Notes: generated by a model from the letters alone, not told the origin. Shown: positions 10,113-21,102, counted from the stretch's first letter. The stretch is 64,000 bases of DNA from an uncultured Chloroflexia bacterium (GCA_963748625.1 CAVVJT010000002.1:1-64000), one strand, 5' to 3'. Made by a program: numbers and translations.

Positions 10113-13100
10113 CTAGATGTTCGCTGAATGAGGGGGAACGTCGACGCCCATCTCTTGTCGCATCTAGGCGGCAGTAGTGGGCGTACTGCTCGGCGGCTGC
10201 CGCCTGCCTGCCACTGCCTTGTAGGCACTCAGCAGCTCCAGTTCGATGGCGTCGGCAGACGGGTCGATCGCAAGCAGGTCATGTGCGATGCCGGATCGCA
10301 CGCTCGAGGTCCTCGCTCGTCGGCAGATGCGAATAGCGAGCCTCGCCGGCCGCGAGGACTGCTGCGTGCAGGTTCTCTCGATAGGTCGTCGACCAGTCCT
10401 CGTACGCGAAGTCCAGTGCGTAGTTCCCCTGGTAGATGACCGATCAGTTCCTCTGCGGCCCCGCTGGCGTCGCCATCCGTCCGGCGCAGTACTCGCCAGC
10501 AGCGGCGGCTGGCGCAGTCAACGATCGCCGGGTTGAGGCTCGACGACATCGCCGTCGAACAGGACGTAGCCGGCACTCATGCCTTCCTTGTAGTCAGGTT
10601 CAAACACCCGGCGAAGGGAGTAGATCGTCTGGTGCAGTGAGTTGCTGCCGGTGTCGGGACTCAGGTCCGGCCAGAGTGCCTCGAGCGCCTCGTCCTTGGT
10701 GGCTGCCATGTCCGGACGCGAGGACAGGAAGCACAGCAGGGCTAGGACCTTCCTCCGCAGCCGCGGCCTCAGGCTCGTCCTTCCCATGAACACGTCGACA
10801 GGCCCGAGATCGCGTAGGTAGACCGGCTGGGCAAGGCGCTGAGTAATTCGCAGAGCTGATGGCCGTAGCGCCTTCGTCGGTCCAGCCTGAGCTCGGAGAA
10901 AGGAGGCATCTTCCGCAAACCCGATTTCGGCGAGCAGTTCAGCTGCAGCCCTGGTGCCTTCGCTGCGACCACCAATATGAAGGCGGAGAGCCGTGCGCCA
11001 GCGAGCGGGACGGAGTCGCGCCTCCGCAAACGCGATCGCCCGTGCGCCAGGGGTGAGTCGGTCGAACGCGGAAGCAATCTCCTCTGCCACCAATGAGAGC
11101 CCGAAGAGGTCAGCTGGCCCGAGTCGCTCGACCTCATCGCCGAAGGGTGCGTTGCCGGCGATGCGGGCAAGAATGGCTGCAATCTGGCGCGCTGGCCTCG
11201 AGTTCTGCGCCTCGGCTAGACGCAGAAGCTCTCCCAGCTCAGCGTCGAGATCCGGCGCCTTCCGTGCCATCGCGACGCGTGTACGCAAGAGTTGGGCTCG
11301 AAGTCTGCCCGCCGCATCTGGGCTGCGGGTCTCACGGAGCCGGTTGCACATCGCGGAGGCAGTGTCGAGGTCCCCGCGGCGCATGGCGACAACACCGCGG
11401 ACAAGGCTGAACACACCCATGTAGCCACCCGCCAGTCGGTCCGGTTCAACCAGTGCGAGGTAGCTCTCCGCCTCTTCGAAGGAGCCGAAGTCACTGTGGA
11501 CCCGCGCTGCCTCAAGAGCCAGCTCATCGCGCGCGAGAGGAGAAGCTGCGGACCGCTCCTCGCTCAGTTGGGCGGCGGCCTCCTCCAGTCGGCCCAGTTG
11601 GGCGAGTGCGATACATCGGGTCGCCGTCGCCGCGACGCGTTCCACGGAATCGCTCGACCGCCCTCCGAGGACCATCTCGGCCCGTGCAGCTTCCTTCAGG
11701 GCGTTGTCGGCGTCGCCCAGCCACGCAAGCGTTGCAGCGAGATTGAGGCGCGAGATGCCAGCGTATCGCTGGAGCCCCTCACGTTCCTGTTGCGCAGCGA
11801 GGTCGCGGAGCACATCCACGACTCGGTCGAGATCGCCCTCTTCGCTAGCCTCCCAGACCGTGACGGTGGCCTGAGCCACAAGCCTCTGACTGCCGCTGAG
11901 GTCACACTCTAGGGCCAGGCGAGCCGTGCGCACGCCCTCATCCGCGAATCCACCAACACTTAGGATTGAGGCCAAGTTCAGTAGGGTGAGACCTCGCGCT
12001 GGTCCGTCCCCCGCGCTTTCAACGGCTTGCCGCGCTCGCGAGGTCGCCTTCTCTGCGCTGCCACGATCCAAGTCGATGCGCGAGCGAAGAACAAGTGCGA
12101 TCGGCCTTGCTGGGTCGCCGGCATCCGGATCAAGAAACGCAACCACGGGCTCGAACGTGCCTTCCGCCAGGATCGCGTCGATGGCGTTGTCGATGACTCT
12201 CGCTGCGGCCTGAGGCTCCTTCGCCTGAACGTAATGCCAAGCGGCGCGTCTCCAGTCGACCCCGGACAGGCCGTTACCGACTCGGATGTGGAGCGCGCGG
12301 ACTGCCTCAAGGCCGATCTCGGCCTCGAGACGGGCGACCAGGAACTCGCGGACCAGGGGATGGAACCGGTGGGGTGACTCGCGGTCCGGGCGGTTGAGCA
12401 GGCCGAGGCTCTCGCAGTGGCGGATCAAGGCGACGACGTCGTCCAGCGGGCGCTCGTCCACGAGCACGGCCGTCTCTGGATCGACCGCCGTCAGCACCGC
12501 AGCCCGGGTCAGGAAGTGCTGGAGCTCTGTGGGCAGGCCCGCGAGCACCTCCTCGGCCAGGAACTCGTAGAGGTCGCCGCCGCTGGCGCTCAGGTGTGCG
12601 ACAAGGGTCCTGGGATCCGGGCCGCCCTGCTCGTCGAGGCTGGTGCGGACGAGGGTGAGGAGCGCGGCCCAGCCTTCGGTGCGCGCGAACAGGTCGGCGA
12701 GGACGTCACCCGGGAGCGGCCGATGGTAGGCATCGCGGAAGAGGCGCTCGGTCTCGTCGCGGTCGAAGCACAGCGCCTCGCCGCTGAGGCTGTCCACACC
12801 GCCGCGGGCGCGAACCTTGCCCATCGGGAGGGAGGGAGCCGATCGCGACGAGAGCACCACCGAGAAGCCGGGCACGGCCCGGTCCAGGAGCGCCCGGACG
12901 ATCGGCTCGGTGTCCGGGCAGCCATCGACGGCGTGGTAGTCATCGATGATCAACGTGAACCCGGTGGCACTGCGGGCGCCGAACTCGGCCATCTCGCGAG
13001 AGATCGTGGCGATGAGGTCGTGGCGCGTCGGCCCGCCGGGTCCGAGTGACTGGAGCATGTCGAACGTTTCGGGCGCGAAGGTCGGGTCCACCTCACGACC

Positions 13101-13361
13101 GCCCGCGACCAGGTGGCGGATGAACACCAGCCAGTCACGGTCATCCCGTTCGAGGCGGTACCAGGAGGTCAGGCGGCGGGTGTGGGTGGCCCAATCGGCG
13201 AGCAGGGTCGTCTTGCCGAAGCCGGCCTCGGCCACGATGAGGGCCACACGACCCGCGGCAGCCCGGTCAAGCCACGCGGTCAGGCGCTCGCGTGACAGCA
13301 TGTCAGCCCGGAGCGGCGGGCAGTGGAGCTTGGCCGGCTGCACCGGCAGCGGATTGGTCAT
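10113..13361 (-). CDS. Large MalT-like ATPase/TPR transcriptional regulator with a C-terminal SARP (wHTH-BTAD) module; several frameshifts in the last ~450 bp
   Basis: AKLHCPPLR..SRERL, Walker A AEAGFGKTT, IIDDYH, TEGWAA and RFHPLVREFL, then LALLCFL..EALWPD..LHQTIYSLRR. BTAD fragments DFAYEDW, AEQYAHY and MRQEMGVDVPP occur in shifting frames. Confidence 0.75.
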
Positions 13362-13769
13362 GTAGGCGCCAAGCCCGGCAAGCAGCATCGATCCGGCCAT
13401 GCCCGGTCCGACCGCCACGAGCCCACTGCCGCGATCCGCCCCTAGCGACGCCGGAGCCGGCGGATCGTCCGCCGCGTGCATCTCCGCGCTGCTCGTGCGT
13501 GACGATACGGCAGGCGTGCCCGGATGCGAGGGGGCCGGATGGCCCGCGGGAGTGCCTTCGTCGTCTGCGCCGCGTGCCTGTTCCTGGGGCCTCGGCCGTG
13601 CAGGCGATGCCGCAGGCGGCACGGATGACAGCGCGGCCGGGCCGCGGGTGGATGCAGGGATGGAGCGACTGGGACTGGGCATGTCCGGCATCGTGCCGGG
13701 CGGCACTCAACGCGGACTTATGCGTCCGCCGAGCACCTGTGGACAAGGAGCGCGTTGGGTTCCTGGCGG

Positions 13770-13973
13770 TCAGCCCTCGTACTCGAACCCGATCTTGAGC
13801 TGGACCTGGTACTCGACGATCTCGCCGTCCTCGATCCGCGCGGTGGACTTCACGACCTCGACGCTCCGGATGTTCCGGACGGTCTTGCTCGCGGTGGCCA
13901 CCGCCTGTCGAGCCGCGTCGCTCCACGACCGGGGACTCGTCCCGACCATCTCCCGGATGATGATCACGCCCAC
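13770..13973 (-). CDS. Dodecin family flavin-binding protein
   Basis: EMVGTSPRSWSDAARQAV...EYQVQLKIGF. AGGAGG precedes the GTG. Confidence 0.85.
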   Translation of the reverse strand: MGVIIIREMVGTSPRSWSDAARQAVATASKTVRNIRSVEVVKSTARIEDGEIVEYQVQLKIGFEYEG

Positions 13974-14074
13974 TCCATTCCTCCTGCTGCTGTCCGCGCC
14001 AGCATAGGCCACCGAGGTGGTGGAGCAGGACGGTGGAGTCCGCGCGTGTCACCCCTGGGCGGAGGTCGCCCGGA

Positions 14075-14383
14075 TCAGCCCTCCGCCACCCGGGTCTGTT
14101 CGGCCCGCACCTTGTCGAAGCAGCTGCTGCAGTAGACGGGCCGGTCATTGCGCGGCTCGAATGGCACCATCGCCTGGTTCCCGCATCCGTTGCACACCGC
14201 CGCGTGGTACTCGCGGGCCCCACCCGGGGCGGATGTCCTGGAGCGCTTGGCGGCCGCGCGACACGAGGCGCAGCGCTGCGGTTCGTTGGCCAACCCCTTG
14301 CTCGCGAAGAACTCCTGTTCGCCCGACGAGAACACGAACGGGTCGCCGCAGTCGCGACATGTGAGCGTCCGGTCCTGGAACAC
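14075..14383 (-). CDS. Zinc-ribbon / CxxC-x17-CxxC domain protein
   Basis: DRTLTCRDCG..FVFSSGEQEFFASKG..EPQRCASCR...CNGCG..VPFEPR..RPVYCSSCF. Confidence 0.85.
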   Translation of the reverse strand: MFQDRTLTCRDCGDPFVFSSGEQEFFASKGLANEPQRCASCRAAAKRSRTSAPGGAREYHAAVCNGCGNQAMVPFEPRNDRPVYCSSCFDKVRAEQTRVAEG

Positions 14384-14554
14384 CCCTCTCAACCTCCCCA
14401 GCTGCCAGCACCGGCGGTGATGCGGCGCGGGCGGCCTCTGGACGGAGCGCTCAGGCACGGAACCACGAGGGTCGGTACTCACGGCGGACAATACGGCTCC
14501 GTGTCAAGACATCCGGGTGGGAACCGCCCGGGCCGGACCGGCGTCGAGAGGCCC

Positions 14555-15451
14555 ATGTCGAAGCGTCTGTTTCTCCCCACCGCGATCCTGATGACCGCCG
14601 CCACCATCGCCGCCTGCACGGGCGGAGGCGCCGCCACCAGCCAGCCATCCACGTCCCCGGCCGCGGAGCCGACGCCTGCTGCCACTCCGGAAGGCCTGGC
14701 CCATCCGACCGGCGCCACGGACATCATCCTCTCGTACGACCAGGCTGGCGGCTTCGTGCCCGTCGAGTGGCTCGCCGCGCATGTGCCGATCTTCACCCTC
14801 TACGGCGACGGCACGGTGGTGTTCGTCCAGACCACCGCGGAGTTCAAGCAGGGCGTGGTGGCGGTCAACCAGCCCCTCCGGACGGCGAAGCTCTCCGAGG
14901 AGCAGGTCCAGGACCTCCTCCTGTACGCACTGCAGGAGGGCGGCCTCGCGGTCGCCAAGGAGGAGTACTCGAACATGATGGTCGCGGACGCCCCCACGGC
15001 GGTGTTCACGATCAGCGCCGACAACGACACCAAGACCGTCTCCGCCTACGGGCTTGGCTTCGACAGCGAGCCCAGCGCCGACACGGCGGTCCTCAAGCAG
15101 CTTGCGGCCCTCGGCGAGCGCCTCGGCAACTTCGACCAGAACGGCACCATCGCGAGCAACGCCTACGAGGCGACTGCGTACCGGGCCGTCATCACCGAGC
15201 AGCAGGGCGGCGTCCAGGGCGTCCAGGTGACGGACTGGCCGTGGACCGACCTCACGGTCGCCGACTTCAACGTCCCCAACGACCCGAACCAGCTGCCCCA
15301 GGGCACGGCCATCATCACGCCCGAGCAGGCGGAGGCCCTCGGCGTGGAGGGCTACCAGAACGGCATCCCCGGCGGCATCTACGCCAAGGGCGACGACGGG
15401 AAGATCTACTCGATCGTCCTGCGCCCGCTGCTCCCGCACGAGACCGCGTAG
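14555..15451 (+). CDS. Hypothetical lipoprotein
   Basis: Signal peptide with lipobox IAAC, a Pro/Thr linker and a TLYGDG...VADAP motif. Confidence 0.65.
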   Translation: MSKRLFLPTAILMTAATIAACTGGGAATSQPSTSPAAEPTPAATPEGLAHPTGATDIILSYDQAGGFVPVEWLAAHVPIFTLYGDGTVVFVQTTAEFKQGVVAVNQPLRTAKLSEEQVQDLLLYALQEGGLAVAKEEYSNMMVADAPTAVFTISADNDTKTVSAYGLGFDSEPSADTAVLKQLAALGERLGNFDQNGTIASNAYEATAYRAVITEQQGGVQGVQVTDWPWTDLTVADFNVPNDPNQLPQGTAIITPEQAEALGVEGYQNGIPGGIYAKGDDGKIYSIVLRPLLPHETA

Positions 15452-15499
15452 CCCGCGATACCCCGCGCGACCCCGCGCGACGCCTCGGTGCCACGCCCG

Positions 15500-15837
15500 C
15501 CCCTGCCGTGCGCACCAGGCCCGCACACGGGGCGGTGACGTCGCCGAATGTGCGCCCGGTGCGCCGACCGTGCGCTCCGGCAGGGTCCCGACGGCACGAC
15601 CTGCGCACCAGCCGCGCATCGAGCGCTCCGGCCGCACCGTGTGATCGTCTGGCGCGCAGCCGGACGGCGACAGGACCCGGAACGGCGGTCCGGACGGCGC
15701 CAGGACCCGGAACGGCGGTCCGCACGCCGGCGGCGACAGGCGACCGGCGAAGCGCTCTAGCCGAGGCGGTCCGGAGGGCGCCAGGACCCGGAACAGCGGT
15801 CCGCGAGCCGCCAGCGACCAGCGAATCGGGACACTAG
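15500..15837 (+). mobile_element. MITE-like repeat, copy 1 (left end degenerate)
   Basis: Strong similarity to 26404..26775. It ends CGAATCGGGACACTAG, and that CTAG contains the dnaB stop. Confidence 0.7.
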
Positions 15838-17183
15838 CCCACGTCGGCGAAGCGCTCTCCGGCGTAGTTCACGAAGCGGGTCTGCGCCTTCTTGAACCAC
15901 AGGTCGATCTCGCCCGTCGGGCCGTTGCGGTGCTTGGCGAGCTTGAGCTTGATGACCTCGCCGTCGGTGACCTGGTCGTCGCCCCCGCGCTCCTTCTCGC
16001 GCCACAGGAACATCACCAGGTCCGCGTCCTGCTCGATCGACCCCGACTCGCGCAGGTCCGAGAGCCGCGGCTCCTTCGACTCGCGCATCTCCGGCTGGCG
16101 TGAGAGCTGGGACAGGGCGATCACCGGAATCCGCAGCTCACGTGCGAGCGCCTTGAGGCCGCGGCTGATCTCCGCCACCTCCTGGACTCGATTGGCGTCC
16201 CGGTTGGTGGTGGTCGCCTGCATCAACTGCAGGTAGTCCACGATCACCATGTCGAGGCCCACCTCCGCCTGGAGCCGGCGCGCCTTCGTCCGGAGCTCCA
16301 TCGAGGTGATGTTGGGCGTGTCGTCGATGTAGATGGGCGCCTCGGACAGGGTGTTCATCGCAGGGGCGATCCGCGTGAAGTCCATCTCGTCGAGGAAGCC
16401 CGTGCGCAGGCGCTGCGAGTCAATGTTGGCCACCGAGGAGAGCAGGCGCAGCACCAGCTGCTCCTTGCTCATCTCCAGGCTGAAGATGCCGACGGCCTTG
16501 CGGTCCCGCGCGGCCGCGTGCTCCGCGATGTTGAGCGCGAAGCTCGTCTTGCCCACCGACGGCCGCGCCGCGAGGATCACCAGGTCGCTCTTCTGGAGGC
16601 CGGTGGTGAGCGAGTCCAGGTCCTGGAAGCCAGTCCGGATTCCGCTGATCTCGCCGCGGTGCTCGTGGAGGTAGTCAAGCCGGTCGTAGGCCTCGTGGAG
16701 GAGGCTCTTGAGCGGCGAGAAGCCGGCCGAGACGCGCCGCTGGCTGACGGCGAACAGCTCCGCCTCCGCCCGGTCGATGGCCTCGGTGACCTCCGCGGGA
16801 TCCTCGTACCCGATCCCCGCGATCTTGCCGGCGGCCCCGATGAGGTTCCGCAGGACCGCCTTGCGCTCCACGATCCGGGCGTACTGGGCGGCGTGCACCG
16901 CGGTGGGTGTCTGGTTGGACAGGGTGCCCAGGTAGGCCCGTCCGCCGATCGCCTCCAGGTCCCCGCTCCGGTCAAGCGCCTCGGCCACCGTGACGATGTC
17001 GATCGGCTCCCGTCGCTCCGACAGGTCGACCATCACCGTGTAGATGCGGGCGTGCGCCTGCCGGTAGAAGTCGTCGGCCTTGAGGAAGTCCGCGACCTCG
17101 ATGAGGGCGTCCCGGTCGATGAGGATCGACCCGAGGACCGATTGCTCGGCTTCGATGGATTGCGGGGGCAGGCGATCGATCAT
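15834..17183 (-). CDS. dnaB: Replicative DNA helicase
   Basis: PPQSIEAEQSVLG, AARPSVGKT, FSLEMS, IVDYLQL, DLRESGSIEQDAD and KHRNGPTG. Confidence 0.97.
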   Translation of the reverse strand: MIDRLPPQSIEAEQSVLGSILIDRDALIEVADFLKADDFYRQAHARIYTVMVDLSERREPIDIVTVAEALDRSGDLEAIGGRAYLGTLSNQTPTAVHAAQYARIVERKAVLRNLIGAAGKIAGIGYEDPAEVTEAIDRAEAELFAVSQRRVSAGFSPLKSLLHEAYDRLDYLHEHRGEISGIRTGFQDLDSLTTGLQKSDLVILAARPSVGKTSFALNIAEHAAARDRKAVGIFSLEMSKEQLVLRLLSSVANIDSQRLRTGFLDEMDFTRIAPAMNTLSEAPIYIDDTPNITSMELRTKARRLQAEVGLDMVIVDYLQLMQATTTNRDANRVQEVAEISRGLKALARELRIPVIALSQLSRQPEMRESKEPRLSDLRESGSIEQDADLVMFLWREKERGGDDQVTDGEVIKLKLAKHRNGPTGEIDLWFKKAQTRFVNYAGERFADVG

Positions 17184-17312
17184 GCGGTCCTGAAGATGGC
17201 GCGGCGGAATGACAGCTTGACTGTCGCGGACATCGCCTCAGGCCGGTAGGGGCTTATCCCCGAGGTGGTCCCGCGATCCGTGCCCGGATGTGGACGGGGT
17301 GTGGAAAGAGGC

Positions 17313-17963
17313 TCAGTCCAGCCGGCGGATGACGCCGATGAGCTTGCCCTGGACGCGGACCGACGGGTAGTACTGCGCGGGGTACTCCGGGTTGGCGGGC
17401 TGCAGGCGGACGCGGTCCTTCTCGCGGAAGAACCGCTTGAGCGTGACGCTGTTCTCCTCCACCTGGGCCACGACGATGTCGCCGTCCCGGGCCGTGTCCT
17501 GCCGCCGGATGACCACGAAGTCCCCGTCCGCGATGTGGGCCTCGATCATCGAGTCCCCGCGGACACGCAGCACGTATGCGTCGCCCGACGGGGCGAGGAT
17601 GTCCGGGACGGCGAGCGTCTCCGACGCGTCCTGGTACGCCTCGATGGGCCCGCCTGCGGCGATCTCACCGATGATCGGCAGCGAGTAGGTCTCCGACGGC
17701 ATCGACTGGGGAGTCAGCTCGCTCGAGAGGCCGAGCATGAGGGCCGCCTTGGGGGTCAGCCGGATGGCGCGCGACTGGGCCTCGCTCCGGTCGAGGTAGC
17801 CCTCCTCCTGGAGCACCTGCAGGTGGTGGTGCACAGCGGACGTCGAAGCGAGCCCGACGGCTTTCGCGATCTCCCGCACGGACGGCGGGTAGCCGTTGGC
17901 CCGGATCGACGCTGCGATCACGTCCATGATCTTCCGCTTGCGTTCCGCGTCGTGACGGGTCAC
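17313..17963 (-). CDS. lexA: SOS transcriptional repressor LexA
   Basis: GYPPSVREI wHTH, IAAG cleavage site, VRGDSM, and TLKRF. Confidence 0.95.
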   Translation of the reverse strand: MTRHDAERKRKIMDVIAASIRANGYPPSVREIAKAVGLASTSAVHHHLQVLQEEGYLDRSEAQSRAIRLTPKAALMLGLSSELTPQSMPSETYSLPIIGEIAAGGPIEAYQDASETLAVPDILAPSGDAYVLRVRGDSMIEAHIADGDFVVIRRQDTARDGDIVVAQVEENSVTLKRFFREKDRVRLQPANPEYPAQYYPSVRVQGKLIGVIRRLD

Positions 17964-17997
17964 GGGTGTTCTCCTGCGTTGTGACCTGCATCATACA

Positions 17998-18009
17998 GAA
18001 CGGACGTTC
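17998..18009. promoter_or_regulatory. LexA (SOS) box GAAC-GGAC-GTTC
   Basis: GAAC-N4-GTTC palindrome about 35 nt upstream of the lexA start. Confidence 0.8.
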
Positions 18010-18120
18010 GATGTCAACAGGCGGGCGTGACTGCCGGCTGAGGTGGTGTGGATGGCCGGTGCTACCATCGCTGGTCCGCGGTCGCGCATGTGGATCGCGG
18101 GTGCACACGTGAGGAACAGG

Positions 18121-18645
18121 GTGGCTCGAACAGCGCGGCAGGACCGCGAGAATCGGCAGGCATCGACCAGGGGACGCCGCGCACCGCGGATGGGCCTGCG
18201 GCGGATGCTTGGCCTGGCGGCGTTCCTGCCGCTGGCGAGCCGCGCCCCCATCTACGTCCGCCTGTTCTGGGAGCTCATCCGCGACGAGCGGACCCCGGGC
18301 GGGAGGAAGGCCCTGCTGGCGGCGGCCCTCGGATACCTCGTGGTCGGGCGGGACCTGGTCCCGGACGACCTCCCGCTCATCGGCGGCCTCGACGACATCG
18401 TCGTCGTGGTCCTGGCGGTGGACCTGTTCCTCGACGGCGTGCCCATGGACGTCCTGGACGAGAAGTTGGACGACCTCGGCATCGACCGTCGGTCGTTCCA
18501 TGACGACGTGAATCGCATCCGGCGCTTCACACCGGCGCCACTCCGTCGCATGATGCGCCGGGCGCCGGAGGTGGTGTCCTTCGCCGGCGACATGCTGCGC
18601 ACCAGCGGGGTCGGGCCCAAGGTCCGATCCTGGATCAACACTTAG
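18121..18645 (+). CDS. YkvA/DUF1232 family membrane protein
   Basis: DERTP..KALLAAALGY...DLVPDDLPLIGGLDD. The start codon is uncertain. Confidence 0.75.
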   Translation: MARTARQDRENRQASTRGRRAPRMGLRRMLGLAAFLPLASRAPIYVRLFWELIRDERTPGGRKALLAAALGYLVVGRDLVPDDLPLIGGLDDIVVVVLAVDLFLDGVPMDVLDEKLDDLGIDRRSFHDDVNRIRRFTPAPLRRMMRRAPEVVSFAGDMLRTSGVGPKVRSWINT

Positions 18646-18659
18646 GAGGGTTCAAGCGC

Positions 18660-19106
18660 GTGAAGGTGATCCTGACCAAGGACGTCCCGAAGCTCGGCAA
18701 GAGCGGCGAGATGAAGACAGTTGCGGACGGATACGCCCAGAACTTCCTCATCCCGCAGAAGCTCGCCGTCGTCGCGTCCGGAGGCGCCTACCGCGCGTAC
18801 CAGCACGACATCGCGAGCCGGGAGGAGAAGCGCAAGCGAGAGCGCGAGGACGCCGAGATCGCGGCCACCCGCATCGCCTCCACCACGCTCACGATGGGCG
18901 TCAAGGTAGGTGAGGGCGGCAAGCTCTACGGCTCCATCAACAACCAGGACATCGCCGAGGCGCTCGGTCGCCGCGGCATCGTCGTGGACAAGCACAAGAT
19001 CGATCTCGACGCGCCGATCAAGTCGCTCGGCACCTACAAGGTCGCGATCAAGGTCCTTTCGGGGATGACCCCCGAGGTGACGATCGTCGTCGAGCCGAAG
19101 GGCTGA
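18660..19106 (+). CDS. rplI: 50S ribosomal protein L9
   Basis: MKVILTKDV..LGK.G...VADGYAQNFLIP and GKLYGSI. Confidence 0.97.
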   Translation: MKVILTKDVPKLGKSGEMKTVADGYAQNFLIPQKLAVVASGGAYRAYQHDIASREEKRKREREDAEIAATRIASTTLTMGVKVGEGGKLYGSINNQDIAEALGRRGIVVDKHKIDLDAPIKSLGTYKVAIKVLSGMTPEVTIVVEPKG

Positions 19107-19468
19107 CGTCGCGGCGGGCGCCATGCCCGCTATCGCCTCGCACGAACATCGCCTCGCACCAACCGGTCGCCCGGGCCCAGTGGGTCCGGGCGATTGCGTT
19201 TCGGCCCGGTTGGGCGGGAACCGCGGCGGCCTCCCCGAGCATGTCCCGATGCAGATGCATGCAAAGCAATAGATCCGGCTCTGGATGCTTGGCCCGTGCT
19301 TCTGAAACACCTTGACGACGCCTGAACAGCCGCCGAGGCGGTCATAGGGGTCGTCCGCGTGCTGGAGAGGCAACGCGACGGCAGACGCTCGGCGAAGTAT
19401 TGCCGCGCATGCACGCGGCCCATCAGCGAGGATTGGCGACCGTTGGCAGCGGGCGCAGAATCGCGCAC

Positions 19469-20836
19469 GTGAGCACCCGGACGATCCTTCACGTGGACCT
19501 CGACGCCTTCTTCGCGGCGGTGGAGCAGCGTGACCGACCGGAGCTCCTGGGCCGGCCCGTCATCGTCGGCGGCTCGGACCCGACGTCGCGGGGTGTGGTG
19601 TCGGCCGCAAGCTACGAGGCCCGCACGTTCGGGGTCCACTCTGCGATGCCGCTGCGCACGGCGTTCCGCCTCTGCCCGCAGGGCGTGTTCCTGCCGGTGG
19701 ACGGTCGCCGCTACCAGGCGGCCAGCCGCGATGTCATGGCGGTCCTCCGGCGCTACACGCCCCAGGTCCAGCAGATCTCCATCGACGAGGCCTTCCTCGA
19801 CGTGACGGGGTCGCGCGCCCTCTTCGGCGATGGCGAGACGATCGCGCGCACGATCAAGACGACGGTCCGCGATGAGGTGGGGCTGACCGTTTCGGTGGGG
19901 GTGGCGACGACGAAGCTGGTCGCGAAGGTGGGCTCTGACCTGCGCAAGCCCGATGGCCTGGTGGTGGTCCCGCCGGGCGAGGAGGCCGCCTTTCTCGCAC
20001 CGCTGCCGATCTCGAGGCTGTGGGGCGTCGGCGAGAAGACGGCCCTCGCCCTGCGCGAGTTCGGCGTTCAGACGATCGGCGACCTGGCGGCGCTCCCGCG
20101 CGACGCGCTCGTGCGGCGGTTCGGCAAGCATGGCGCCTCGCTCGTGGACCGGGCGCACGGGATCGACCCGGACCCGGTCGCGTCAGGGGAGCCCGCCAAG
20201 TCGATCGGGCACGAGCACACCTTCGGGCACGACACGGCCGACGTGGAGGTGATCGAGCGGACGGTGCTGGGCATGGCTGATGGCGTTGCCTGGCGCCTGC
20301 GGGCCGCCGGGCTGCGGGCGGCGACAATCACGCTCAAGCTGCGCGACTCCACCTTCGCGACGATCACGCGCCAGACGACGCTGCCGTGCCGGCCGACCTG
20401 ACCGAGCCGATCTACGAGGCAGCGCTGGTGCTGCTGCGACGGGAGCTCCACGGGCAGCGGATCCGGCTGGTGGGGGTGACTGCGTCGAACTTCAGGGATC
20501 GCGAGCAGCTTTCACTGTTCGGGGGCGATGCGGAGGCGAGGGGTCGACCCTGCGGCCGGTCCGCCCACCGTCGTCCACGATCTCGATGACCCGAAGCGCC
20601 ACCAGGCAGCCGCCGCGCTCGACTCCATCAGGCGCAAGTACGGCGAGCGGGCGGTGACCCGCGGGCGGCTGGTGCGAGCGGGCGTGCCCTCGGTGTTCGA
20701 GCGGGATCCCTCGTCGGCGGTGGAGGGGCGGCTCGGCGTGCCGCAAGAACCCACCGGTCGTCGGCCTCGTCCGGCTGACGTGCCCCAGGAGGAGTCCGAC
20801 GACGGGATTGATCCGCCGGCGCCCGAGGATCCGTAG
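19469..20836 (+). CDS. dinB: DNA polymerase IV (frameshifts near 20390 and 20530)
   Basis: ILHVDLDAFFA, SAASYEAR, SIDEAFLD and KPDG. The C-terminal RLVGV and LDSIRRKYG lie in other frames. Confidence 0.9.
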
Positions 20837-21048
20837 TACCTGCCGACGCGTGCGTCGCCACGGCATCAATCTCTCCCCCTGCGTGCGTGCGTGGCCGGGA
20901 ACCGCCCCGCCGGACACATCCCTGTCTGCGTTGACACTCCGGGCATCACAGGAACGGCGCACTTGGCCGCGCTCGCGGGCTTGTGACAGGAATCGACACT
21001 GCGTGCCATACAGCTGTCACGGCCGCCCTTGAACGTCGCGTCAGGGGC

Positions 21049-21102
21049 TTGACACCGAACACTTGTTCGGTCTACTGTCAGCCCAGAAACGAACAAGCGT
21101 TC
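21049..21102 (+). promoter_or_regulatory. Sigma70-type promoter overlapped by two LexA boxes
   Basis: TTGACA at 21049, an 18-nt spacer and TACTGT at 21073. GAACACTTGTTC at 21057-21068 and GAACAAGCGTTC at 21091-21102. Confidence 0.8.

Noticed and set aside
13362-13706. N-terminal extension of the regulator ORF from 13706
   Set aside because: It is low-complexity and lacks homology cues. MalT-like similarity begins at MTNPLPVQPAKL (13361).
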